Origin: Candidatus Thorarchaeota archaeon SMTZ1-45
GTDB lineage: Archaea > Asgardarchaeota > Thorarchaeia > Thorarchaeales > Thorarchaeaceae
DNA: 64,000 bases
NCBI GenBank assembly: GCA_001563335.1
Contig: LRSL01000095.1
Span: 1-64,000 of the forward strand
Direction of reading: 5' to 3'
Positions within the stretch are counted from its first letter, which is position 1; the number at the start of each line of letters is the position of its first letter. The notes under the pieces are model-generated. The model worked only from the letters and a program-made list of their open reading frames with translations. It searched no databases and was not told where the DNA came from. Both the position numbers and the translations under genes were made by a program. Shown piece after piece: positions 18,686 to 27,040 of this stretch.

Positions 18686-21601
18686 TTGTTTAATGAAGAC
18701 GCCATCACATCGGAGAGTAACATAACTAATGCATATCATGCAATGCCTCTTGAGGAAGTCCTAGCGAGTCTTCAGGTTGATCCTGAAGAGGGGTTGACCG
18801 CTGATGAGGTAAAATTAAGGACCCAGAAGTATGGTCAGAACGCGATACCAAAAATTCGTGGTCCGTTTTGGCAAGTCTATATTGCTCCTATTATGAACTG
18901 GTTGATTACTATCTATATACTCAGCTCCTTTGGACTTATCATAATCGCACAGTTACTTCCTCCAGGTCAGAATGAGATGGGGCAGGCTTTGGTCTGGTTG
19001 GGGATTGTAACAGTTAATGCTCTTGTGGCTATCTTTCAACAGTATCGGGCACAGAAGAAATTGGAGGCTCTTGAGAAACTCTCAGCAGGAGAAGCTCGTG
19101 TCATTCGTCAAGGATCAGAAACTGGCATTCCTCCATTTGAGATAGTCCCCGGTGATATCATAAAACTAGATTCAGGTGACAGAATTCCATCTGATGCAAG
19201 AATAATCAGCTCATCAAATCTTACTACTAATGAGGCATCCCTGACAGGTGAGAGTGTGCCAGTGGCAAAGGAAGAGGTAGTTCTTGGTAAGCGTGAATTA
19301 CCACTCACAGACATGAGGAATATGGTGTTCTTTGGAACTTATGTTTCAACAGGAATGGCAACTGTGGTGACTACTGCGACTGGAGGTTTTACAGAGATCG
19401 GGAAAATCCAGGGAACCCTTGAAGCATTGAATACTGGTGATATACCACTCAGAAGGAAAGTGAACCTTCTAGCCAAATATCTTGGAATCGCTGCATTAAT
19501 TTTGATGAGTGTGTCGGTTCTGTGGCAAGTCTTTGTATATGATTGGCTCAACAGTCAACCCCTCGACTTGGGTTTTGAGAATATACTGCGACAGACGCAA
19601 GAGGCAATCACTCGCGCCATGACCATCATGCCAATCAACATACCACTTCTAACGACAATTGTTTTGCTAACTGGTGTCTTGGCCATGGCAAAGAAAGGTG
19701 TCATCATTAGAGACCTTTCCGCTGTGGAAAGTCTCGGTCGAGTAAGTGTCATATGCAGTGACAAGACTGGAACCATGACTCGCAATCAGATGACTGTCAA
19801 GTATTGTTGGGACACACACAACATGTATTCAATCAAGGGAGATGGGTACGACCCTACAGGTGGCATCTATCTTTTGAAAGGCGCTGATGATGTTGTTACA
19901 CTTGAGGTCAATGAAGAAAAAGTACAGGATGTCTTCAAATGGAAGGGTCTCTTCCGCCTTATTGTCTGCGGTGGTATCAATAATGATTCTGAGATTGTCA
20001 AAGAAATAATACCAGGCCAGGGTGAAATCTGGAAACCATTAGGAGATCCCACAGATGCTGCTTTGCTTACATTGTTTCGCAAGAGCGGGATTGATGAGGA
20101 AGTTGTTACTAAGAAATATGAAATAGTTGAGGAGTTTCTATTTGAATCTGAGCTTAAACGAATGACCAAAATCTGTAAGGATGGCAAGAAGTTTGTTTCT
20201 TTTACCAAAGGCGCAACAGAAGTCCTCTTACCAAAATGCACAATGGTGGACGGAAAGGAGTCTCCTACAAAGATAACACCTGATACTGTTAACAAGGTTC
20301 GGATGCTCACTACCGATTTTGCCTCGAAAGGATATCGTATCATCTCACTTGCATATCGGCAATTGGACAAGATACCTACTGGTAAAGATGCTCGAGATGA
20401 AACCGAGAATGATCTCATCTATCTTGGATTCGCTTGTATTGTTGACCCACCAAGGGAGGGCGTGAAAGAGGCGGTTGCAGCCTGTCATAGCGCAGGTATC
20501 AATGTTATAATGATCACTGGAGATGCAGCAGCTACTGCGAAAACCATCGCAGAAGACCTTGGTATCTTTGCCCCAAACTCATTGGTTGTTGAGGGCAATG
20601 AAATCGATGATGTATCAGATGAAGATTTTGCTAGAACCAATGTTTTTGCACGAGTAAATCCGGATCATAAACAAATCATTGTCGAACGATATCAGGATCA
20701 ACAGCGTGTTGTTGCTATGACTGGTGATGGAGTCAATGACGCACTCGCTCTTGCTATGAGTGATGCTGGTATAGCCATGGGCATCACAGGGACAGATGTG
20801 GCGAAGGAAGCAGCTGACCTTGTAATAACGGATGATAGTTTTGCATCAATTGTTTCAGGTGTGCATCAAGGGAGAGGTCTCTTCAACAAGATACGCATGA
20901 TGATATATTTCTACATTGCAATCAACTTGTTTGAGAGCATGATTTTCTTCGGAGCCTTATTCTTCCTTCCAGACACAATTACCATGTTATCAGTATGGCA
21001 AAGTATCTACTTGGTTGTGACAACTCACTCGTTCCCTGGACTAGCACTTGTTTTTGATAGAACATCGCCATACGCTATGGAAGACAAACCGCGTGATAGT
21101 CAAGCGCTCATCACACGCAACCTGGGAAAGTTCATGGCATTGAATGTCATTCTCATGACACTTGGAGCAGCAGCAGTCTATATGCTCACCCTCACTGAGT
21201 GGGGTGGTATTGTCGAAGTCTATCCAGAAAACCTCACTGGTTACTACGGAGCCATTGTTGACTCTCCATACAAAGCTACTGTTATGCTTCTCTCATTGAT
21301 TCTACTTGTTGAGAGCACTATTGTCCTCAGTATACGTAGAATCAACATGCCTATACAGCGGGGCCTCAGAGAGCCTGGAACCTGGATCTTTGTAATTCTA
21401 CTAGGTCTAATTTATCTAGCTCACTATCTCCTCATGTATGTACCACTCGCACAAGAAATCTTGACAATATATAATCTAGATTTCTATTTCGCACCACTCA
21501 CCATGTATGATTGGTTCATTGTCCTTCTTGGGGCTTTGCCATCTATGGTTGGCGTTGAGCTGTACAAATGGCGTTTCAGGAAGCAGGACATTGACCTATA
21601 A
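18686..21601 (+). CDS. P-type ATPase, P2A-like scaffold with atypical ion-binding motifs
   Basis: LTGES, CSDKTGT, GDPTD, KGA, DPPR, MITGD and TGDGVND all present; TM4 reads MPINIP instead of IPEGLP. Confidence 0.93.
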   Translation: MFNEDAITSESNITNAYHAMPLEEVLASLQVDPEEGLTADEVKLRTQKYGQNAIPKIRGPFWQVYIAPIMNWLITIYILSSFGLIIIAQLLPPGQNEMGQALVWLGIVTVNALVAIFQQYRAQKKLEALEKLSAGEARVIRQGSETGIPPFEIVPGDIIKLDSGDRIPSDARIISSSNLTTNEASLTGESVPVAKEEVVLGKRELPLTDMRNMVFFGTYVSTGMATVVTTATGGFTEIGKIQGTLEALNTGDIPLRRKVNLLAKYLGIAALILMSVSVLWQVFVYDWLNSQPLDLGFENILRQTQEAITRAMTIMPINIPLLTTIVLLTGVLAMAKKGVIIRDLSAVESLGRVSVICSDKTGTMTRNQMTVKYCWDTHNMYSIKGDGYDPTGGIYLLKGADDVVTLEVNEEKVQDVFKWKGLFRLIVCGGINNDSEIVKEIIPGQGEIWKPLGDPTDAALLTLFRKSGIDEEVVTKKYEIVEEFLFESELKRMTKICKDGKKFVSFTKGATEVLLPKCTMVDGKESPTKITPDTVNKVRMLTTDFASKGYRIISLAYRQLDKIPTGKDARDETENDLIYLGFACIVDPPREGVKEAVAACHSAGINVIMITGDAAATAKTIAEDLGIFAPNSLVVEGNEIDDVSDEDFARTNVFARVNPDHKQIIVERYQDQQRVVAMTGDGVNDALALAMSDAGIAMGITGTDVAKEAADLVITDDSFASIVSGVHQGRGLFNKIRMMIYFYIAINLFESMIFFGALFFLPDTITMLSVWQSIYLVVTTHSFPGLALVFDRTSPYAMEDKPRDSQALITRNLGKFMALNVILMTLGAAAVYMLTLTEWGGIVEVYPENLTGYYGAIVDSPYKATVMLLSLILLVESTIVLSIRRINMPIQRGLREPGTWIFVILLGLIYLAHYLLMYVPLAQEILTIYNLDFYFAPLTMYDWFIVLLGALPSMVGVELYKWRFRKQDIDL

Positions 21602-21711
21602 GCACCGTCAGTTAGGAATTCTCAAAAAATCCAGATTGTATATACATTATATATTTTGAAATGGAACTCTATAAATGATGGATTTCACACAGTATTTATG
21701 GAGATATCAAT

Positions 21712-22569
21712 TTGGCTCGGAAGACAACTCATAGCATCCGTCTTATGAAGAAGAAACGCAAGAAGATCGTCATGCTTACGGCATATGATGCACCAACTGC
21801 TGCAATCCTCAGTGAAGTTGGTGTTGATATGATTCTTGTAGGGGACTCCGTTGGAAACTCATTACTAGGTTATGAGAGTACAATTCCTGTCACTCTTGAT
21901 GATGTTATTCATCATAGTGCAGCAGTTGCTCGAGCCCGACCAGACTGTCTTATTGTGGGTGATATGCCCTTCATGTCTTACAAGATAAGCTCAGAACAGG
22001 CACTAGAAAACTGCAGTTTAATGCTTCAGCAGGGTGGAGCCGAAGCAGTGAAGATCGAAGGTGGTTCTGACTCTGTTGTTGAAATTGTGAAGACCATTGT
22101 AGATGCAGGAATTCCTGTCATGGGTCATATTGGTCTCACACCCCAATCCATCTATCAGTTGGGCGGATATCGCATTCAGGGTCGTACCGCAGAAATGGCT
22201 GAAGTCCTAGTGCAACAAGCTGTCAAATTAGAGGAAGCTGGCGCTTTCTCCATGGTCGTAGAACTAGTTCCCTCTGAAACCGCTAAAATCATCACCGAAA
22301 CAGTAGGTATACCTACCATTGGAATTGGTGCTGGTCCGTATTGTGATGGACAAGTCCTTGTACTCTGGGACATGCTGGGTCTCTTCGAAGATTTCAAACC
22401 TAAATTCGTAAAGAAATATGCAAATGTTCGGGATTTAATCAAAAATGCTGTGTCTGAATATTCTAATGAAGTTCGAGCAGGCATGTTTCCTGATGAAAAA
22501 CATAGTTTTGAGATGTCTGAAGAAGAAACCGGTCGACTCTATGGTCGCACAAAACCTAAAGATGATTAA
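21712..22569 (+). CDS. panB: 3-methyl-2-oxobutanoate hydroxymethyltransferase
   Basis: MLTAYD, LVGDS, GDMPFMSY, VKIEGG, MGHIGLTPQ, IGIGAG and DGQVLV. Confidence 0.96.
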   Translation: MARKTTHSIRLMKKKRKKIVMLTAYDAPTAAILSEVGVDMILVGDSVGNSLLGYESTIPVTLDDVIHHSAAVARARPDCLIVGDMPFMSYKISSEQALENCSLMLQQGGAEAVKIEGGSDSVVEIVKTIVDAGIPVMGHIGLTPQSIYQLGGYRIQGRTAEMAEVLVQQAVKLEEAGAFSMVVELVPSETAKIITETVGIPTIGIGAGPYCDGQVLVLWDMLGLFEDFKPKFVKKYANVRDLIKNAVSEYSNEVRAGMFPDEKHSFEMSEEETGRLYGRTKPKDD

Positions 22570-22591
22570 TTATTATTAAATCAGGAGGAAT

Positions 22592-22614
22592 CAAGCCCCC
22601 ATTAAGAGGGCTTG
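22592..22614. terminator. Hairpin between convergent panB and DUF1858 genes
   Basis: CAAGCCC-N9-GGGCTTG perfect 7-bp stem. Confidence 0.5.
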
Positions 22615-22624
22615 CTTTCAGAGT

Positions 22625-22846
22625 CTATTTCTCTTTCTTTTCAATTGTTTCGTTTAGAGCTTTAACTAGCTGCTCTGCATTAATGCCATGTGCCTGAGCC
22701 CCTTGCTCAATGGTTTCAAATCTTGCAGCAGCGCAACCAAAACACATCAATCCGTGTTCTAGGAATGTTCCAGCTGTTTCAGGCCACTTCATTACTACTT
22801 CGCCAATGCTCATGTCTTTCGTTACTGCTTCTGCCATTGTATTCAC
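22625..22846 (-). CDS. DUF1858 family small protein
   Basis: TKDMSIGEVV..PET..F...GLMCFGC..A.FETIEQGA..HG pattern. Confidence 0.85.
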   Translation of the reverse strand: MNTMAEAVTKDMSIGEVVMKWPETAGTFLEHGLMCFGCAAARFETIEQGAQAHGINAEQLVKALNETIEKKEK

Positions 22847-22919
22847 CGTGTTAACAATAATTAATTGTCTTAGTATGTTGATGACTTGAAATCTGCGAAT
22901 ATATACTTTGCTTTTGCTA

Positions 22920-23342
22920 CTAAAGCAACATATGATTGAGACCCATCTCTTTTAGAATTTCTGGATACACGTCATACAGGGGTTTAATCTTTGATAGCAA
23001 TCCCAGTGCTTTTGCTACCGAGCCATCCAGCTTGACTTGACCTCTGGCCATTGCTACTGTTGTGTTGAGTTTTCCTTGCCAGAACTTGTTTGTAGTTTCA
23101 GACTTTGACCAGACTGATATCTCTGGTTCAACATCGCTGTCAAAAGTCAAAGTTCCAATCTCACCACTTGGTCCGGGGTCTCTAAAGTTGATGGTCATAT
23201 GAACCTCGGGATCTTCTATATCAAAGCGAACCACGACCTGCGATTTGGCAAGCTTCTCCATAATCTCTGTATGTTCCTTTGCCTTAGTCCAGAACTTGTT
23301 GAAGATTTCCTGAAACTGCTCTTTACTTTCAAAACCAGTCAT
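22920..23342 (-). CDS. SCP2 sterol/lipid-binding domain protein
   Basis: KFWQGKLN...AMARGQVKLDGSVAKAL SCP2 signature. Confidence 0.85.
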   Translation of the reverse strand: MTGFESKEQFQEIFNKFWTKAKEHTEIMEKLAKSQVVVRFDIEDPEVHMTINFRDPGPSGEIGTLTFDSDVEPEISVWSKSETTNKFWQGKLNTTVAMARGQVKLDGSVAKALGLLSKIKPLYDVYPEILKEMGLNHMLL

Positions 23343-23410
23343 TATTACTGATCTCCTGATTGAAAAATAATACTTCTGTTCGATAGAAATCTTTTGGATT
23401 CTCTGATAAA

Positions 23411-24715
23411 CTAGTTCACATGCATATATTTCTCTATTTCCCAGTCTGTTATTTCTGAGGCTCCAGGATCTCCTGTAGACTCAACATACTCATTCCACTC
23501 ACGTTTCCTCATTGCAACCAAGGACTCGATAACAGAATCACCAAGCATCCTTTTCATAAGGGTGCTTCTTTCCAACTTCTCAAGCGCACCCTCCAAGGAT
23601 CCAGGAAGGGACTCCAGAGCGACTCCCGATTCATATAGGTCCTTGTCTGTAGGCTCAGGTGGCTCTAATCCTCTTTCGATACCATCCAGCCCTGCAGCAA
23701 GGATGCATGCAACAACTAGATGTGGTGAAGAAGTTGCATCAGGACAGCGAAGTTCAATTCTCGCAGCTTTTTCTGACCCATTGAAGAATGGAATACGAAT
23801 CATAGTGCTTCTATTTCTATACCCCCATGCAACTCGTGTCGGAGCTTCAAAACCTGGGACCAATCTCTTGTATGAGTTCACTGTTGGTGCCAGAATCGCG
23901 GCCAAGTCAATTGCATGCTCAAGAAGACCTCCTACATAAGCCAACGCCAATTGAGAGAGAGAACAATACCCTGATGCAGCAAACAGATTTCGCGAGCTAT
24001 CAAGTCCCCATATACTCTGATGAAGGTGCATACCAGACCCATTCATATCTGGAAACGGTTTTGGCATAAAGGTCGCAATCATCCCTCGTTTATGCGCCAT
24101 CTCTGAGATGAGAATCCGAGACAGCATTATGTTATCTGCTGCAGTTTCGGCCTCAACAAATTGGAGTCCAATCTCTTGCTGTCCTTTTGCGACCTCGTGA
24201 TGATGAGAGGTTGTTTCAATACCTATAGCTCTAAGGGCTCTTATGATATCTCGTCGAAAATCAAGAGAAAAATCATGAGGTTGGGATGAGAAATAACCAC
24301 CATGGTCAAGTGGTTCAAACCCATTCTCTGACTTTCTAGCAACTGTGAAGAATTCCAGCTCACATCCAACCATCAGCTTCAATCCCTTTTCCGCAGCCCT
24401 TGAAGTGATCTTTCTTAATATGTTTCTAGGATCTCTCGGATGGGGATTTCCAGAAACCTCATGAATCCTGCCTAGGAGATATGCCGCAGATGGGTCCCAA
24501 GGTTGGATGATTGGGGTGGCGCGAGATGGGAGGAGAAGAACATCACTTTCATTCACTAATGCATAACCGGGAACTGAGGATCCATCAATCACAAGACCAT
24601 GTTCGATAATTTCACCCAACCTATCATAGCCAACCTCTATACTTCTAGTATATCCGAGAAGGTCTGAAAAAATCAGTCTTAGAAATTCAGGTTGTCTATG
24701 ATCTTTATACATCAA
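23411..24715 (-). CDS. glnA: Glutamine synthetase (type I)
   Basis: DGSS, ELEF, GGYF, HHEVA.GQQE, FMPKP...NGSGMHLHQS, NSYKRLVPGFEAP (Glu flap kept), NRS..IRIP and RIELR. Confidence 0.85.
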   Translation of the reverse strand: MMYKDHRQPEFLRLIFSDLLGYTRSIEVGYDRLGEIIEHGLVIDGSSVPGYALVNESDVLLLPSRATPIIQPWDPSAAYLLGRIHEVSGNPHPRDPRNILRKITSRAAEKGLKLMVGCELEFFTVARKSENGFEPLDHGGYFSSQPHDFSLDFRRDIIRALRAIGIETTSHHHEVAKGQQEIGLQFVEAETAADNIMLSRILISEMAHKRGMIATFMPKPFPDMNGSGMHLHQSIWGLDSSRNLFAASGYCSLSQLALAYVGGLLEHAIDLAAILAPTVNSYKRLVPGFEAPTRVAWGYRNRSTMIRIPFFNGSEKAARIELRCPDATSSPHLVVACILAAGLDGIERGLEPPEPTDKDLYESGVALESLPGSLEGALEKLERSTLMKRMLGDSVIESLVAMRKREWNEYVESTGDPGASEITDWEIEKYMHVN

Positions 24716-24748
24716 GGGTGCCCTCGAACATTTGTGTCAGTATTGTTG

Positions 24749-24840
24749 GAGAGATTGCATTGCCTCCAGTGCGGCCCTGGTGGGGTGATGAAACTCAAGT
24801 GGTTTCCATAATTCTAGTTCTGAGGCAATGATCTCTCTCG
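24749..24840 (-). promoter_or_regulatory. Structured 5' leader of glnA (riboswitch/attenuator candidate)
   Basis: Inverted repeat GAGAGATCATTGCCTC / GAGGCAATG(CA)ATCTCTC enclosing smaller hairpins, downstream of an AT-rich TATA-like tract at about 24861-24873. Confidence 0.55.
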
Positions 24841-24921
24841 AAAATTCAGTACTCGAAATGGCTATATTTTTTTCCTGTTGAATACAGAAGATTTTTCATA
24901 TTTTTCGTTACTATTTTAGTT

Positions 24922-25440
24922 ATGGCCGAAAAAATTTCGAAAAAGAAGAAGCTTGATGATAAGGATGAAAAACTACTTTATCTTCTCCAGAAAGACAGTA
25001 AGCAGAGTATATCAAACCTTTCGAAATCTCTTGGTATTGGGATTTCTTCAGTCCATGCCAGAATGAAGGCTTTGAAGGAAACTGGTGTCATCAAACAATA
25101 TACAGCGATAATCAATCCTGATTCGGTCAATCGTGAAACCTTGGCTTTCATTCTTGTTACAGTCAGATACAGAGCCCCAGGGAAAAAAGGCGTTCTTTCG
25201 CAAAGGGAGTTCTGTGAGCAGATTGCGGTTCACCCTTTAGTCCAAGGCGTATATGTACTGAGTGGGGAATATGATGTATTGTTGAAAGTGCGCGCTGAGA
25301 ATATAGGTGAGATGAACAAGTTCATAGTTGACTTTCTGAGAGAGCTACCAGAGGTCGATAGGACACTGACGATGTTTGCTATGGACACCTATCTTGACAC
25401 ACTCGAACTTCGTGACCTTTCGAATAGTCACAGACTCTAG
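24922..25440 (+). CDS. Lrp/AsnC family transcriptional regulator
   Basis: LDDKDEKLL..LQKDS HTH, GVIKQY, and SGEYDVLLKV RAM domain; divergent from glnA. Confidence 0.93.
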   Translation: MAEKISKKKKLDDKDEKLLYLLQKDSKQSISNLSKSLGIGISSVHARMKALKETGVIKQYTAIINPDSVNRETLAFILVTVRYRAPGKKGVLSQREFCEQIAVHPLVQGVYVLSGEYDVLLKVRAENIGEMNKFIVDFLRELPEVDRTLTMFAMDTYLDTLELRDLSNSHRL

Positions 25441-25748
25441 ATTACTCTCATTTGGAGACCCGTCATTATTCGAAGTCGTTCGATCTCAGCTTCAACTTCT
25501 CGAATTCTCTCAATATTAGGATGATAGAGTGGTTTTCGCATATCCATCAAATTGGGTGTTTTGTTTAGAAGTCTCATCCTCACTAACTTTTGGAGTGCAA
25601 ATGTAACAGTCCTAAGAGGTATCTTTGCTTTCTTTGACAAATCTCTTGGAGCCATTGGCCCATGCTTTGTGAGATGATCAAGAAGAATGATGGCACTTCT
25701 TGGGACATCATGTTGAGTGAGCATTTTCCCATCACATTCCACTATCAA
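25437..25748 (-). CDS. Small winged-helix DNA-binding protein
   Basis: LTKHGPMAPRDLSKKAKIPLRTVTFALQKL HTH and a DMRKPLY wing. Confidence 0.75.
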   Translation of the reverse strand: MIVECDGKMLTQHDVPRSAIILLDHLTKHGPMAPRDLSKKAKIPLRTVTFALQKLVRMRLLNKTPNLMDMRKPLYHPNIERIREVEAEIERLRIMTGLQMRVI

Positions 25749-25868
25749 ATCGGCAATATATTTGTTATATTATTGCCAATCCTACGGTAATGTAATATCG
25801 ATGGCAATTTATAAAGGTTAGTTTCTCCGTAAATAAGGAACAAAGGGAAGATATCAACTGGAGAGAGC

Positions 25869-26975
25869 ATGATGGTCACCAAAAAGAAACGTAAACTTAC
25901 CGATGCTTTGCTTCTTGATGCACTCACACGATTTGGTGGAAAAGTCACAGCCACAGAATTGGCTCAATTATTAGGCTTTCCAGATAGAACGATCAGATAC
26001 CGATTGAACCGTCTCAAAGAGAAAGGATACCTAGATCGAATATGGACCCAGACACTTGACACTAAACTTGGACTGGGCGAAGTTGGCATCTTTCTTGAGA
26101 TGTCTAATGAATATCGATCACTACCCAGAGAGTTTCTCTTTTGTTTTCGTAACTTTTATGCCAGCTATGCTACCTATGGACGCTATAATGGCTATTTTAT
26201 TGCCGGAGGTTATCCAATAGCAACACCTCAAATCATTGAAAGGATACTTAGGGCTCTAACACAGATGAACATCATCAGGGACTTCTATAGATTCTATACC
26301 CTTGACTTCATTTCGCTGCCAGCAGACTTGTCAAAATATAGTCCTTCAGCTGGATGGAGATGGGATTGGAAAGAATGGGTCGAACAGTCAGAGAAGACGA
26401 TCAAAGATGGCGAGCCCTCTGGTTTAGAATTTAATATGAATCCAGGTACAATGGACTATGACCATAAAGACATCGCAATTATTGCTGAGTTGAAGGCGTA
26501 CGATCGAATCACGCTCAAAGAAATTAGTAGGAATGTTGGCTTGTCAGAAACGCAGGTGGGTGTTCGGATTCGACGACTCAAAGAGGCAGATGTGATCAGA
26601 GGTTCGTTGTGGCTGATAAGACCCACTCCAGAATCTGTTGTTTTGTATACTTTTGTTGAACTCAATGAACCTGATGATCCTGCCTTGTCCTGCTTCAGGT
26701 ATCTTCCTTTTCGAAAGGAGATATTCATCGAATCACCTGATAAGGTAGGTGTCAGAATTACAATGAACTCCAGTGATATTGTCGATTATATGAGAGCGTT
26801 TGAATCTCTGAGGTCCTATTTCCGCTCATATTTCATTCAGACTGCTGTGAATCTCCAAGTTGCTCCAGGAGGGATGCATAGATTCTATCATCTTCACAAG
26901 GAGTCTACAGGTCGATGGGAAATGCCTGTTGAGGAGTATATCAGGAACCTAGAGGAGTTCATGAAGAAGCATTAA
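25869..26975 (+). CDS. Tandem Lrp/AsnC-like winged-helix regulator
   Basis: Two HTH modules (ELAQLLGFPDRTIRYRLNRLKEKG and LKEISRNVGLSETQVGVRIRRLKE). Confidence 0.8.
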   Translation: MMVTKKKRKLTDALLLDALTRFGGKVTATELAQLLGFPDRTIRYRLNRLKEKGYLDRIWTQTLDTKLGLGEVGIFLEMSNEYRSLPREFLFCFRNFYASYATYGRYNGYFIAGGYPIATPQIIERILRALTQMNIIRDFYRFYTLDFISLPADLSKYSPSAGWRWDWKEWVEQSEKTIKDGEPSGLEFNMNPGTMDYDHKDIAIIAELKAYDRITLKEISRNVGLSETQVGVRIRRLKEADVIRGSLWLIRPTPESVVLYTFVELNEPDDPALSCFRYLPFRKEIFIESPDKVGVRITMNSSDIVDYMRAFESLRSYFRSYFIQTAVNLQVAPGGMHRFYHLHKESTGRWEMPVEEYIRNLEEFMKKH

Positions 26976-27040
26976 GACTAGAACGCTTACATTTATGGCA
27001 CAGGGTAACTCCTAAGTCATCATAGCGAGGTGAATTCCAG

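Noticed and set aside
23411-24715. Gamma-glutamyl-polyamine synthetase (PuuA-like) instead of GlnA
   Set aside because: The ammonium-site features (DGSS, GGYF, GFEAP Glu flap) are retained, which favours a true glutamine synthetase.
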